From a virus: a stretch of 64,000 bases of DNA. Positions 1 to 8,070 of the stretch are shown in pieces. How positions within the stretch are numbered: the first letter of the stretch is position 1; the number at the start of each line of letters is the position of its first letter. The notes under the pieces were generated by a model. The model was given only the letters and a program-made list of their open reading frames with translations, was not told the DNA's origin and ran no database searches. The stretch is taken from positions 21,338-85,337 of IMG/VR virus record IMGVR_UViG_3300043410_001823. One strand, given 5' to 3'. The translations under genes and the position numbers were made by a program.

Positions 1-449
1 TTATTTGGTCCGTATGCACGAAGCTTTAGACAAGCTTCTCCACCATTTGCCTGTGAGCCCTTTTTCTTATCAGGCGTTGTATTTCCTTCACCTGTCCAAC
101 AAGTACCATCCCCGTTGTCTTCAAGAATAACACCAACGTGATCAATATCTCTGCCACCTGGAAAATTAAAAAATACTGGTGATCCAGGAAGTGGACGAGC
201 ACCCTTACCCGCCTTAACATACTGACCACTCTTCTTAAATGCTGCTACACCTGCGGGTGTATAAACAACACTTGGAATCTTAATTCCTGCTTGATTAAAA
301 CACCACATAACGAATGAACCACACCATGGCAAGAAGTTTGCCTTTGTGAATGCTCCATACTTTGTTTCGTTATCTTTTGGACCCTCTACGTATCCAATTT
401 CTTTTCTAATAACTTCTAGCAATAATGCTAGTGTACCTTTTTCTGCCAT
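1..449 (-). CDS. CHAP-domain amidase/peptidoglycan hydrolase (probable endolysin), 3' end runs off the window
   Basis: Not in the ORF track. Hand translation from ATG 449: MAEKGTLALLLEVIRKEIGYVEGPKDNETKYGAFTKANFLPWCGSFVMW...FFNFPGGRDIDHVGVI...EGNT. WC, HVG and EGNT are CHAP motifs. AGGAGG RBS and TGATATAAT (472-480) lie upstream. Confidence 0.85.
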   Translation of the reverse strand, partial: MAEKGTLALLLEVIRKEIGYVEGPKDNETKYGAFTKANFLPWCGSFVMWCFNQAGIKIPSVVYTPAGVAAFKKSGQYVKAGKGARPLPGSPVFFNFPGGRDIDHVGVILEDNGDGTCWTGEGNTTPDKKKGSQANGGEACLKLRAYGPN

Positions 450-480
450 AAATCCTCCTAAGATTCATTTAATTATATCA

Positions 481-756
481 TTAAGCAGTCTTTGCTGTCA
501 ACCTTATATGTGTTCTTATTCTATGACAATTAGCACAAACTACTTCACATTTTTCAATTTCTTTAGCAATTGCTTTCCAAGAAAATCCATCGTGAATCAT
601 TCTTGATATGTTATATTTTTTATTATGTAGATGATCAAAATCTAGGACAATGTGATTTGTTTCTCCACAGTCCGTACACCCACTGGCCTCTTTGATCTCT
701 GCCAGCTTTTTCTTAAACTGCTGCTTTTGTCTATGTAACAACTGCTTATCAGTCAT
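481..756 (-). CDS. HNH endonuclease
   Basis: CTDCG...LDFDH...CEVVCANCHRIRT zinc/HNH motifs. ATG lies 6 nt after a TGATATAAT element (probably leaderless). Confidence 0.85.
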   Translation of the reverse strand: MTDKQLLHRQKQQFKKKLAEIKEASGCTDCGETNHIVLDFDHLHNKKYNISRMIHDGFSWKAIAKEIEKCEVVCANCHRIRTHIRLTAKTA

Positions 757-782
757 AAAAACATTATATCAGGATATAAAAA

Positions 783-866
783 GCCCCACACAGGTAATTC
801 AAGCACGATGGCCCGTTGGTCATAAATATGGGTAACTAATCCATCTCTAAGGTCCTGTGTGGGGAC
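783..866 (-). ncRNA. Candidate small structured non-coding RNA (about 85 nt), family unknown
   Basis: 11-bp perfect closing stem CCCCACACAGG/CCTGTGTGGGG (854-864 with 784-794). Its own TGATATAAT sits at 873-881 and a T-run follows the stem. The region is intergenic and GC-richer than its flanks. Confidence 0.55.
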
Positions 867-873
867 TATATAA

Positions 874-1341
874 TTATATCAGATTGTCTAAAATAAAAGC
901 ATCAATCATTTTTGGGTCAGCTGCTGGTCCAAAATTGTAAACCTTGCCATCAAACCCAATAAGGAACTTTTCAAAATTCCAGCCAATGTCGTGACCATCT
1001 TTGTAAGCACTCTTTAAATGTTTATATAGTGGGTGAGCATTGTCACCGTTGACATCGATCTTAGATGCAATTGTAAAAGTTATCTTATAAGTACTACAAA
1101 ATGATGAGATTTCTTCATCGGTACCTGGCTCCTGCTCTCCAAATTGATTGCATGGAAAAGCAATAATTTCAAGCCCCTTACTCTTATACTTTTCATATAA
1201 GTCTTGCAGTCCTAAATATTGTGGTGTAAAACCACACTTACTTGCCGTATTAACTATCAGTAGCATTTTGCCAGCGTAGTCTGATAGGTTTTTTGTTTCC
1301 CCTGAATTTGTAACAAAATCAAATTCATCATAATTGAACAT
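874..1341 (-). CDS. gpx: Glutathione peroxidase family (Cys-type) thiol peroxidase
   Basis: LIVNTASKCGFTPQY, AFPCNQFGEQEPG and WNFEKFLI signature motifs. Confidence 0.95.
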   Translation of the reverse strand: MFNYDEFDFVTNSGETKNLSDYAGKMLLIVNTASKCGFTPQYLGLQDLYEKYKSKGLEIIAFPCNQFGEQEPGTDEEISSFCSTYKITFTIASKIDVNGDNAHPLYKHLKSAYKDGHDIGWNFEKFLIGFDGKVYNFGPAADPKMIDAFILDNLI

Positions 1342-1363
1342 AGTTTTCTCCTTTTGTTATTTG

Positions 1364-1436
1364 CTGGTCCAGCAGGTCTCGATCCTGCGACATCCGAATT
1401 AACAGTTCGGCGCTCTACCAACTGAGCTATGGACCA
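1364..1436 (-). tRNA. trnN: tRNA-Asn (GTT)
   Basis: Acceptor stem TGGTCCA/TGGACCA, D-arm AGCTCAGTTGGTAGAGC, anticodon arm CCGAA-CTGTTAA-TTCGG, T-arm GCAGG-ATCGAGA-CCTGC, discriminator G. CCA is not encoded (CAA follows). Confidence 0.93.
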
Positions 1437-1443
1437 ATTCCAT

Positions 1444-2331
1444 TTACGATACGTATCCGTATCCAAGCACCTTTGGAAGTGATGCTATCAAGGCGTCTAT
1501 CGTAGACGATCCTTTCTTTGCTACAAGCTTTGCTGCAACAACAGGAGTTGCAATAGATGTGCCAGTCACAGTGATCTTCCATCCTCCGTAAGAAATAATA
1601 TTCATATCTCCACGAGCAACAAGATCAAGTCCTGGACCGACATTGCTATAGGTTGCAAATGTATTGTCTGGCTTTAGTGCTGACACACTTTGTACACCAG
1701 GAACGCATGATGGAAATCCAATCATATTTTTCTTTCCATCGTTGCCAGTAGCTACAAATGTAGGGATGCTCTGCTGATTGAGAACTGCTACTGCACCCTC
1801 AAACACCTTATCTGTCGGACATATTCCTGCAGTAAAGTTTGAGCGAGATTGGCTAATAGATACAGCATCAATTCCGTACTTTGATGCATTCTTTGATACC
1901 CAGTTAATTGCTAGGTCAAGTGAAACATCATCGTTGCGAATCATTGAAAATGTGGGATATTTCTTAATGCTTGAAATTCTAATGAACACAATTTTTATAT
2001 TAGGATTAGACAATGATGCAACGGTGCTTACCTTATGTCCGTGGTCAATTCCAGTAATGTCATATGAGCTTGCTGCTGCAGACCCAGCGCCTTCTTGTTG
2101 GGTTAGTCCATTTGGACATCCTTCTGCGTAGTATTCTGTTTTACCAGTTCCCTTATTGATGACTGGTCCAGTTTTTTCAATAGTAAAGCATGCTTCATAG
2201 ATGACATTTGACATCTTTGCAGAGTCAATAGCTGTGTCAATAATGGCAATAACCTGTTGATCTTCTGCATGTGCTGTTTGTGATACTGACACTCCAAGTA
2301 CTAGTGCTAGTGCAATAGCAATCTTTTTCAT
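1444..2331 (-). CDS. Secreted subtilisin-like (S8) serine peptidase
   Basis: Signal peptide MKKIAIALALVLG..AHA. Catalytic triad motifs IIDTAID, DHGH and GTSIATP, plus oxyanion ATGN. Confidence 0.85.
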   Translation of the reverse strand: MKKIAIALALVLGVSVSQTAHAEDQQVIAIIDTAIDSAKMSNVIYEACFTIEKTGPVINKGTGKTEYYAEGCPNGLTQQEGAGSAAASSYDITGIDHGHKVSTVASLSNPNIKIVFIRISSIKKYPTFSMIRNDDVSLDLAINWVSKNASKYGIDAVSISQSRSNFTAGICPTDKVFEGAVAVLNQQSIPTFVATGNDGKKNMIGFPSCVPGVQSVSALKPDNTFATYSNVGPGLDLVARGDMNIISYGGWKITVTGTSIATPVVAAKLVAKKGSSTIDALIASLPKVLGYGYVS

Positions 2332-2349
2332 TTATTTCTACCCCTTGTT

Positions 2350-2529
2350 TTAGTTTGTTGTTATATTGTCTTCTAATATTTTTAATACTGGGCAACATGG
2401 ATCTCCACCATCTTCCCATTCTTGCATTTCTTCTTCAGACATATATGGGTCACCATCATGTGTGCTGCAAAACGGGTCAGACACCCACTTCTGCTCAACA
2501 CCATACTCTAGCCACTCAATAAAGTCCAT
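2350..2529 (-). CDS. Small acidic hypothetical protein with C/H/CC residues
   Basis: ORF with GGGAGA RBS before ATG 2529. TGCTAAAAT promoter-like element at 2558-2566. Confidence 0.65.
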   Translation of the reverse strand: MDFIEWLEYGVEQKWVSDPFCSTHDGDPYMSEEEMQEWEDGGDPCCPVLKILEDNITTN

Positions 2530-2543
2530 TTTTTCTCCCATAA

Positions 2544-4196
2544 TCACTTACCATCCCATTTTAGCAGTTCTTCCTTGAGCATGTCAAGTCCCATTGGGCC
2601 TAATTTTAATGCGTACATATGAAACTTTTTTAGATCAAATTTATTGCCAAGGCGCTTTTTAGCATCTTCACGAGCATCAAGCCATACCTTTTCACCAAGC
2701 TTATAAGTAATTGCCTGTCCTGCCCAAGAAATATATCTATTTACTTCGCTAACAGCATAGCTATGATTTAATAAAGCTTTTTCTTTCATATATTCTACAG
2801 CAAGTTCTGGTGTCCAAATTTGTCCATCACCATCTGGATATTTATATCCTAGATGAAGTCCAACATCAACAACCATTCTTGCTGCCCTCATTGCTTGGCA
2901 CATTAGATATCCCATTTTATATCCTGGCTTATCAAAATAACCAAGTTCATCCATTAATTTTTCAGAGTAAAGTGCCCAGCCTTCACCGTAACCACTATTC
3001 CATGCGTACTCTCTTTGATACACACTTAATGTTTCTTTATTTAGTGTAGAGGTTGCAATTTGCATATGGTGCCCAGGAACGGATTCATGAAACCATGTAG
3101 AATAATTTTCCCAGGTTGTAAATTTAGTTCGACCTAAAGTAGGATAGTAAGTTTTACCTGGACGCTGTAGATCATCTGATGGACCTTTATAATACGGAGA
3201 CTCATCAATAGTATCCTCATCCATAACGACTTCACATTTTTTAATAGCAACGGGAATTGTAAAATACTTTCCACTCATATCTTTAATAGCTTTAGAGGTA
3301 ACACCCTCTAAAAAAGCTTTAAAGTTATCTACACCCTCTATGATATATTCTGGATCATTGTTTAGTATCTTAGAAAAATCACTTAGCTTTGTAGCATTTG
3401 GATCAATCTGCTTTCCAACTTCCCACATTTGCTCATTAATAAGAGATAGCTCATGCATACCGTCATAATAAACTTTTTTCGGATCAATAGTCAGTCCACT
3501 TTGATCTTTTACTGTCTTAATATATCTTTGCTTGCCAACTCTCCAGTTTTCTTCTGCAAGTGGCTTATACTTTGCTTCAAGCCAAGCTGATAGCTGTTCA
3601 AAAGCCATCTCAGCCTCTCTCGCAGCTTTCATTAATCTCTTATCATCTTTATCTACTGTTTCTGCATATTTTGATATTTTACCGTCTGATAAATTATTTA
3701 AAATAGCAATGACAAAATCAATTCTCATTTTAGCATTTGAGTGACCCTTAGACTGAATTATCTTTAAGGAATGTGCCCATTGGTTTAAGGCTACTGGCAT
3801 CTTTTCCAAACGCTTTATAATGTTTAAAACATCTTTACGGGTGTCCTTAGGCATAACCTCAAAAACCTCAAAAAGGCTTTGCGCTTCAGAAAACACGGAA
3901 CCAAAGTAAGTATAAGGCCAAAGATCATCTGCATCATTAATATAGTTATCCATATCTATTAGGATAATCTTTTTAGCTAATTCATCGTAATAGTCCATAG
4001 GCTCTGCAGCCTCAATTTTCTTTTTATATGATTTTACAATTTTAAGAAAAGGGTCTACATCATGATAGCTATAGTCATTCCAGCTATCATTTTGGTCTTT
4101 AATGTTTGCATAGGAAGATGCGATTGCATCATGTTCTAGACTTTTAGTATAGTACTCTTCGCACAAACCAAAAATAACAGATCGTGATTTTGGCAA
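2544..4196 (-). CDS. DUF885 family protein (zincin-like metallopeptidase)
   Basis: HESVPGHH, GYGEGWALYSE, RAARMVVDVGLH and GQAITYKLG motifs. Start revised to TTG 4196 behind an AGGAGGGG RBS. Confidence 0.85.
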   Translation of the reverse strand: MPKSRSVIFGLCEEYYTKSLEHDAIASSYANIKDQNDSWNDYSYHDVDPFLKIVKSYKKKIEAAEPMDYYDELAKKIILIDMDNYINDADDLWPYTYFGSVFSEAQSLFEVFEVMPKDTRKDVLNIIKRLEKMPVALNQWAHSLKIIQSKGHSNAKMRIDFVIAILNNLSDGKISKYAETVDKDDKRLMKAAREAEMAFEQLSAWLEAKYKPLAEENWRVGKQRYIKTVKDQSGLTIDPKKVYYDGMHELSLINEQMWEVGKQIDPNATKLSDFSKILNNDPEYIIEGVDNFKAFLEGVTSKAIKDMSGKYFTIPVAIKKCEVVMDEDTIDESPYYKGPSDDLQRPGKTYYPTLGRTKFTTWENYSTWFHESVPGHHMQIATSTLNKETLSVYQREYAWNSGYGEGWALYSEKLMDELGYFDKPGYKMGYLMCQAMRAARMVVDVGLHLGYKYPDGDGQIWTPELAVEYMKEKALLNHSYAVSEVNRYISWAGQAITYKLGEKVWLDAREDAKKRLGNKFDLKKFHMYALKLGPMGLDMLKEELLKWDGK

Positions 4197-4224
4197 CGGA
4201 AACCCCTCCTGGTCAAGTATATCT

Positions 4225-4253
4225 AGTATACCATCAACTAGGAGGGGCGTCAA
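4225..4253 (-). promoter_or_regulatory. Sigma70/SigA-type promoter TTGACG-N17-TATACT (with extended TG) for the DUF885 gene, embedded in an inverted repeat
   Basis: Minus strand reads ttgacg cccctcctagttgatgg tatact. Confidence 0.7.
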
Positions 4254-4265
4254 TTAAGCTTAGAT

Positions 4266-4562
4266 TTAAGCCTTAGCCTTAGCTCTACGCTTTTCAACAA
4301 CCATATCTTCTACAGTAACTGCATTTTTGTCTGTAGTAGAAAATGCTGAATTAATCTCATCCGCTGTTAGCTTTCCGTCATCCATAAATGCACGAGCAAG
4401 TTTCTCAACTACCGCTGCTACTGCTGTCAGTCCAGCAACTGTAATAGCTTTGACTGTAGAAATGCCAGCAATTGCACCAGCGCCAATTACAGCAAGACCA
4501 TTGGCAGCAAACACCGCAACAATACGCATTAGAATGTTCCAAATATTTTTGACACCATTCAT
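4266..4562 (-). CDS. Small two-TM membrane protein (possible holin)
   Basis: Two hydrophobic helices, a DDGKLT motif and a basic C-terminus. Confidence 0.55.
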   Translation of the reverse strand: MNGVKNIWNILMRIVAVFAANGLAVIGAGAIAGISTVKAITVAGLTAVAAVVEKLARAFMDDGKLTADEINSAFSTTDKNAVTVEDMVVEKRRAKAKA

Positions 4563-4732
4563 TATTCGTCTCCTCTATTCCTAATTGGATAAGTTAATAT
4601 CCAAGTTATAGTAGTTAAAATAATTCCATAACCAACAACTGCTTTGGCACTACCGTCCAAAACAACCCAAGCAATAAACATGCCTAGGAGGGTCCACTGT
4701 TGATCAAGAATATCTTTTAGTAGTTTTACCAT
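4562..4732 (-). CDS. Small membrane protein (56 aa)
   Basis: Not in the ORF track. MVKLLKDILDQQWTLLGMFIAWVVLDGSAKAVVGYGIILTTITWILTYPIRNRGDE. Overlaps both neighbours (TAATG coupling at 4562). Confidence 0.7.
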   Translation of the reverse strand: MVKLLKDILDQQWTLLGMFIAWVVLDGSAKAVVGYGIILTTITWILTYPIRNRGDE

Positions 4733-6888
4733 CTTTCATTCCTCCTTGAACCGCCTGAGTTTGTACCCCCACTTGGTCCAGATGAACCACCACCTGTTGG
4801 TGCTGATCCACCAGTTGCAACACCTACAGCATTTAAAGCTGCTCCTGCTGCCACTACTGTTGCCACAACCATCTTGGTTGCTTCTTCTCTTTCTGCTGGA
4901 GACATATCTGCTCCAATGCTTCCAAGAGCTGCCAAAGCTGCTCCAGGATCTGATAATGCTGTTGATAATAATGCTGCTGGGTCTGAAACTAATTCAACCT
5001 GAGCAGCAACTTCAGCTGTTATAACGACTGCGCTTCCATTTTCATCAGTTCTAACATCTACTGGTGTTGCTGGTGGAAGGTCAGAATATGAAATACCAGA
5101 AGCTTTTATATCTGCTGAGGATATTGCTTGGCCTGGTTGTAAGCTTGCTATTAGATTTTCTACTACTACTTCTTTTTGTGCCTCTGTTAACTTGCCATCT
5201 TCAGCTGCCTTTTTTAACGCATCTGCTTCTGCTTTAGCTTTAGCTGCTTCTTCAGCTTTTTTAGTTTCTAATGCTTTGGCTTCTTCCTCAGCTTTTGCCT
5301 TTGCTTCAGCTTCTGCTTTAATTTTTGCTTCTTCAATGGCTAATCTTTCTGCTTCTGCTTTTGCATCTGCTTCTGCCTTGGCTTTAGCTTCTGCTTCTGC
5401 TGCTAAGCGATCAGCCTCAGCTTTAGCTTCAGCATCAGCCTTGGCTTTGGCTTCTTCTTCTGCTTTCTTTGCAGCCTCTTCAGCAGCAATTCTCTCTGCC
5501 TCTAATCTTTGTGCCTCAGCTTCGGCAGCAAGTCTATCTGCCTCAGCCTTTGCTGCAGCTTCCGCTGCTGCTTTTGCCTCTGCTTCAGCTTTAATTCTTG
5601 CTTGTTCTGCTGCATATGCTTCTGCTGCAGCAACTCTTGCAGCTTCCGCTGCTATCGCTGCCTGTCTAGCAATCTCTGCTTGTCTTGCTTCTTCAGCAAT
5701 CCTTGCTCTTTCTGCTTCTTCGGCAGCAAGTGTAGAGGCTACTAATGTTTGTGCTGTTGTAACATTATTATTCATTATTGTAACTGCAATATCTACTGCT
5801 AAAAGTGCAGATACTAGATTATTTTTTGCAGTTGTAAGATTGGTTTGTGCTTCTGTTAAATCTGCTTCTGCTACTTCAAGATCTGTTTCTAATACATCAA
5901 GCGTTGCCTGAGCAACTTGAAAATCTGTTTGTGCTGTTTGTAATGTAGCAATCTGTTCTGGTGTTGCAGATGTAGTAGAAAATTCAGATGCAGGAATTAC
6001 TGACCACGATCCATCTCCGTTATATCTCATCAATGCAACCGATGCTCCACCGCCATTTTCATAAAACCAAAATTCAAAATCTTTACCAACTCCTGCTGTT
6101 GTTTGAACTGCAGCAGTTGATCCACCACCACCCTTGTCATACCAATCATTAATGACTAGTTGTCCATCTAAATATAATTTTGTTCCATCATCTGCTGGTG
6201 CATAAATCCACTGTGTCCCAGTATATTGTGGAGTCCAAATCCCTTCCCACTTAACTTGAAAATCTTCAGGATACGTATTAGCAGGCCCTCCACCGCCCCA
6301 AGGCTCATTAATACCATTTGTATCAGTAGTTACAGATACAACAGTTCCTGCCCCTTGTGGAGGAGCATTGTTATATCCACGATCTTGATAAACCGTCATT
6401 GTCAATCCAGGAGATGTGTTTGCTTCTACAACTGCTGTTGCTGAATCAACTATCGATACTTTTACTTCAACTACAGCTGTTTGTGAATCTACTGCTATTT
6501 GAGATATTTGTACATCTTGTTGAGCCACTTCTACAGATACCGTTGCAGAATCAACCTGAGCCATAGCCACAGTAGCACTATCTACTACTGCTTGAGCCTG
6601 ATCAATAGAAACCTGTGCCTGTGCGATAGTGGCTGTAATTGTTTCTGTAGGCTGTGTAATGGCTTGTGCTTGTGTTTCTATGGTTGCCGTTGTACTTTCA
6701 GCCTGAGTTATTGCAGATTGTGCTGACTCTATAATGGCTGTTGGTGTTATTGTTGCTGTAGATGTATCTGATGTAGAAGGTGACACCTGTACGGTAATTT
6801 CATCAGCAATAGCTGTTTCAGAAGGTGAAAAGATTAGCCATAGTGTGACTAATAATCCAACTAAACTAAACTTAAACAGGGTCTTAAT
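4726..6888 (-). CDS. Secreted/membrane-anchored PA14-domain protein with long Ala/Glu/Lys coiled coil
   Basis: PA14 motifs (EDFQVKWEG, APADDGTKLYLDGQLVINDW, FYENGGGA), a TolA-like AEK-rich stalk and a C-terminal hydrophobic segment. The frame extends to a signal peptide beginning at ATT 6888 behind AGGAG. Confidence 0.75.
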   Translation of the reverse strand: MKTLFKFSLVGLLVTLWLIFSPSETAIADEITVQVSPSTSDTSTATITPTAIIESAQSAITQAESTTATIETQAQAITQPTETITATIAQAQVSIDQAQAVVDSATVAMAQVDSATVSVEVAQQDVQISQIAVDSQTAVVEVKVSIVDSATAVVEANTSPGLTMTVYQDRGYNNAPPQGAGTVVSVTTDTNGINEPWGGGGPANTYPEDFQVKWEGIWTPQYTGTQWIYAPADDGTKLYLDGQLVINDWYDKGGGGSTAAVQTTAGVGKDFEFWFYENGGGASVALMRYNGDGSWSVIPASEFSTTSATPEQIATLQTAQTDFQVAQATLDVLETDLEVAEADLTEAQTNLTTAKNNLVSALLAVDIAVTIMNNNVTTAQTLVASTLAAEEAERARIAEEARQAEIARQAAIAAEAARVAAAEAYAAEQARIKAEAEAKAAAEAAAKAEADRLAAEAEAQRLEAERIAAEEAAKKAEEEAKAKADAEAKAEADRLAAEAEAKAKAEADAKAEAERLAIEEAKIKAEAEAKAKAEEEAKALETKKAEEAAKAKAEADALKKAAEDGKLTEAQKEVVVENLIASLQPGQAISSADIKASGISYSDLPPATPVDVRTDENGSAVVITAEVAAQVELVSDPAALLSTALSDPGAALAALGSIGADMSPAEREEATKMVVATVVAAGAALNAVGVATGGSAPTGGGSSGPSGGTNSGGSRRNERW

Positions 6889-6935
6889 TTTTCTCTCCTA
6901 AGGGGTCGTAAGAGTATTAAGATAATTATAACACA

Positions 6936-6970
6936 AAATAAAAAGGGAGCCAGCGTTAACTGACTCCCTT
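6936..6970 (-). terminator. Intrinsic terminator after the surface-protein gene
   Basis: AAGGGAGTCAG-ttaacg-CTGGCTCCCTT followed by TTTATTTT. Confidence 0.8.
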
Positions 6971-6983
6971 AATATAGTTAAGA

Positions 6984-8039
6984 TTACTTAAGAGTTGCAA
7001 CCTTAGCCTTTGGATTCTTTGCATTCCACTTCTTAGCAAGTGCGTTGAAAGCATCCTTTACAGCCTTAAGAGCTGTAGCATTGTCAATGTTTGCCTTAGC
7101 AAGAGCAGCATTAGCTGCTGCTGTTTCTGCCTTAGACTTTGCAAGTTCTGCGTCTGCTAGTGCCTTAGCGTCTGCTAGTGCCTTTGCTCCTGCTGCCTTT
7201 TCTGCAGCAAGTTGGGCTACTGCCACTGCAAGTTCTGAGTTCTTTGCAGCAAGTTCTGCAGCAAGATCACGAACAGTTGCTGTCTTAACGATAACACCAA
7301 GTGGTGCTGCAAGACCAGTCACTACGGTAGCAACAGTTGCAGTTGCAACAAGAGTTACTGTACCAGATGCAGGAAGTGTTACATCCTGTGTCTTTGTACC
7401 AAGTGTTGCTGTTGCTGTATCTGTTGTCAAAGAATATGTTGTTGATGCAGTTGGAGTGATGTACTGAAGGCTAATTGATGCCCCACCCTTTACGTTACCA
7501 AATACGTCATAACCAATTACCTTTGGTGAAACAACTGTTCCTGCAGCGCCAGAAGATGGAGCATCAAGAGCAATTGTATTAAGTGCACCAGCGGTACCGT
7601 TAAAGTAATATGTTGTTACGTTTCCACCAACTGTAACTGCTACAGATCCCTGTGCAGTTGTAGTAGTAAATACATAAAAATCAGCAGTTGTTCCTGTACC
7701 AGTGCTTACTGATGCAGATGTTGATCCTGCTGATGCTGCTACAGGTGCTGAAACAGTTGCAAGAGCTGTAACGATCTTACCTGCTGTAACGACTGCAGAA
7801 ACAGTTGTTCCTGTGTCAAGACCTGTGATAGCAATCTTAAGAGCATCTGCTGAGTCTACAGAGTTATCTGCTGGAACTGGCAATGCAATTGAAGTTGCTA
7901 CTGTTGTACCCGCTGTTGCTGGTGAGCTTCCACCTACTGTGAGTGTAGTTGCTACTGCAGCACTTGCAGGTGTTGCTACTAGTGTGCCCAATGTCATGGC
8001 TGCAACCACGCCAAGAGCGACCTTCTTGAATGAATTCAT
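6984..8039 (-). CDS. Secreted Thr/Ala-rich surface protein (S-layer/Ig-like) with C-terminal coiled coil
   Basis: Signal peptide MNSFKKVALGVVAAMTLGTLVATPASA, beta-rich T/A/V body, helical C-terminus. Flanked by an AGGAGA RBS and a terminator. Confidence 0.6.
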   Translation of the reverse strand: MNSFKKVALGVVAAMTLGTLVATPASAAVATTLTVGGSSPATAGTTVATSIALPVPADNSVDSADALKIAITGLDTGTTVSAVVTAGKIVTALATVSAPVAASAGSTSASVSTGTGTTADFYVFTTTTAQGSVAVTVGGNVTTYYFNGTAGALNTIALDAPSSGAAGTVVSPKVIGYDVFGNVKGGASISLQYITPTASTTYSLTTDTATATLGTKTQDVTLPASGTVTLVATATVATVVTGLAAPLGVIVKTATVRDLAAELAAKNSELAVAVAQLAAEKAAGAKALADAKALADAELAKSKAETAAANAALAKANIDNATALKAVKDAFNALAKKWNAKNPKAKVATLK

Positions 8040-8070
8040 TCTTTCTCCTTGTTTGTATTTGTTTGTTTAC

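Noticed and set aside
26-229. 67-aa minus-strand ORF from the track
   Set aside because: It is an alternate frame inside the CHAP amidase gene, which the track missed because it runs off the window.
1257-1466. 69-aa minus-strand ORF
   Set aside because: It overlaps the tRNA-Asn and the gpx start; spurious.
5192-5911. Plus-strand 239-aa Ala/Ser-rich ORF (and similar ones at 7045-7467, 7702-8079, 39376-39819)
   Set aside because: These are antisense shadows of Ala-rich minus-strand genes, with no RBS or domain evidence.
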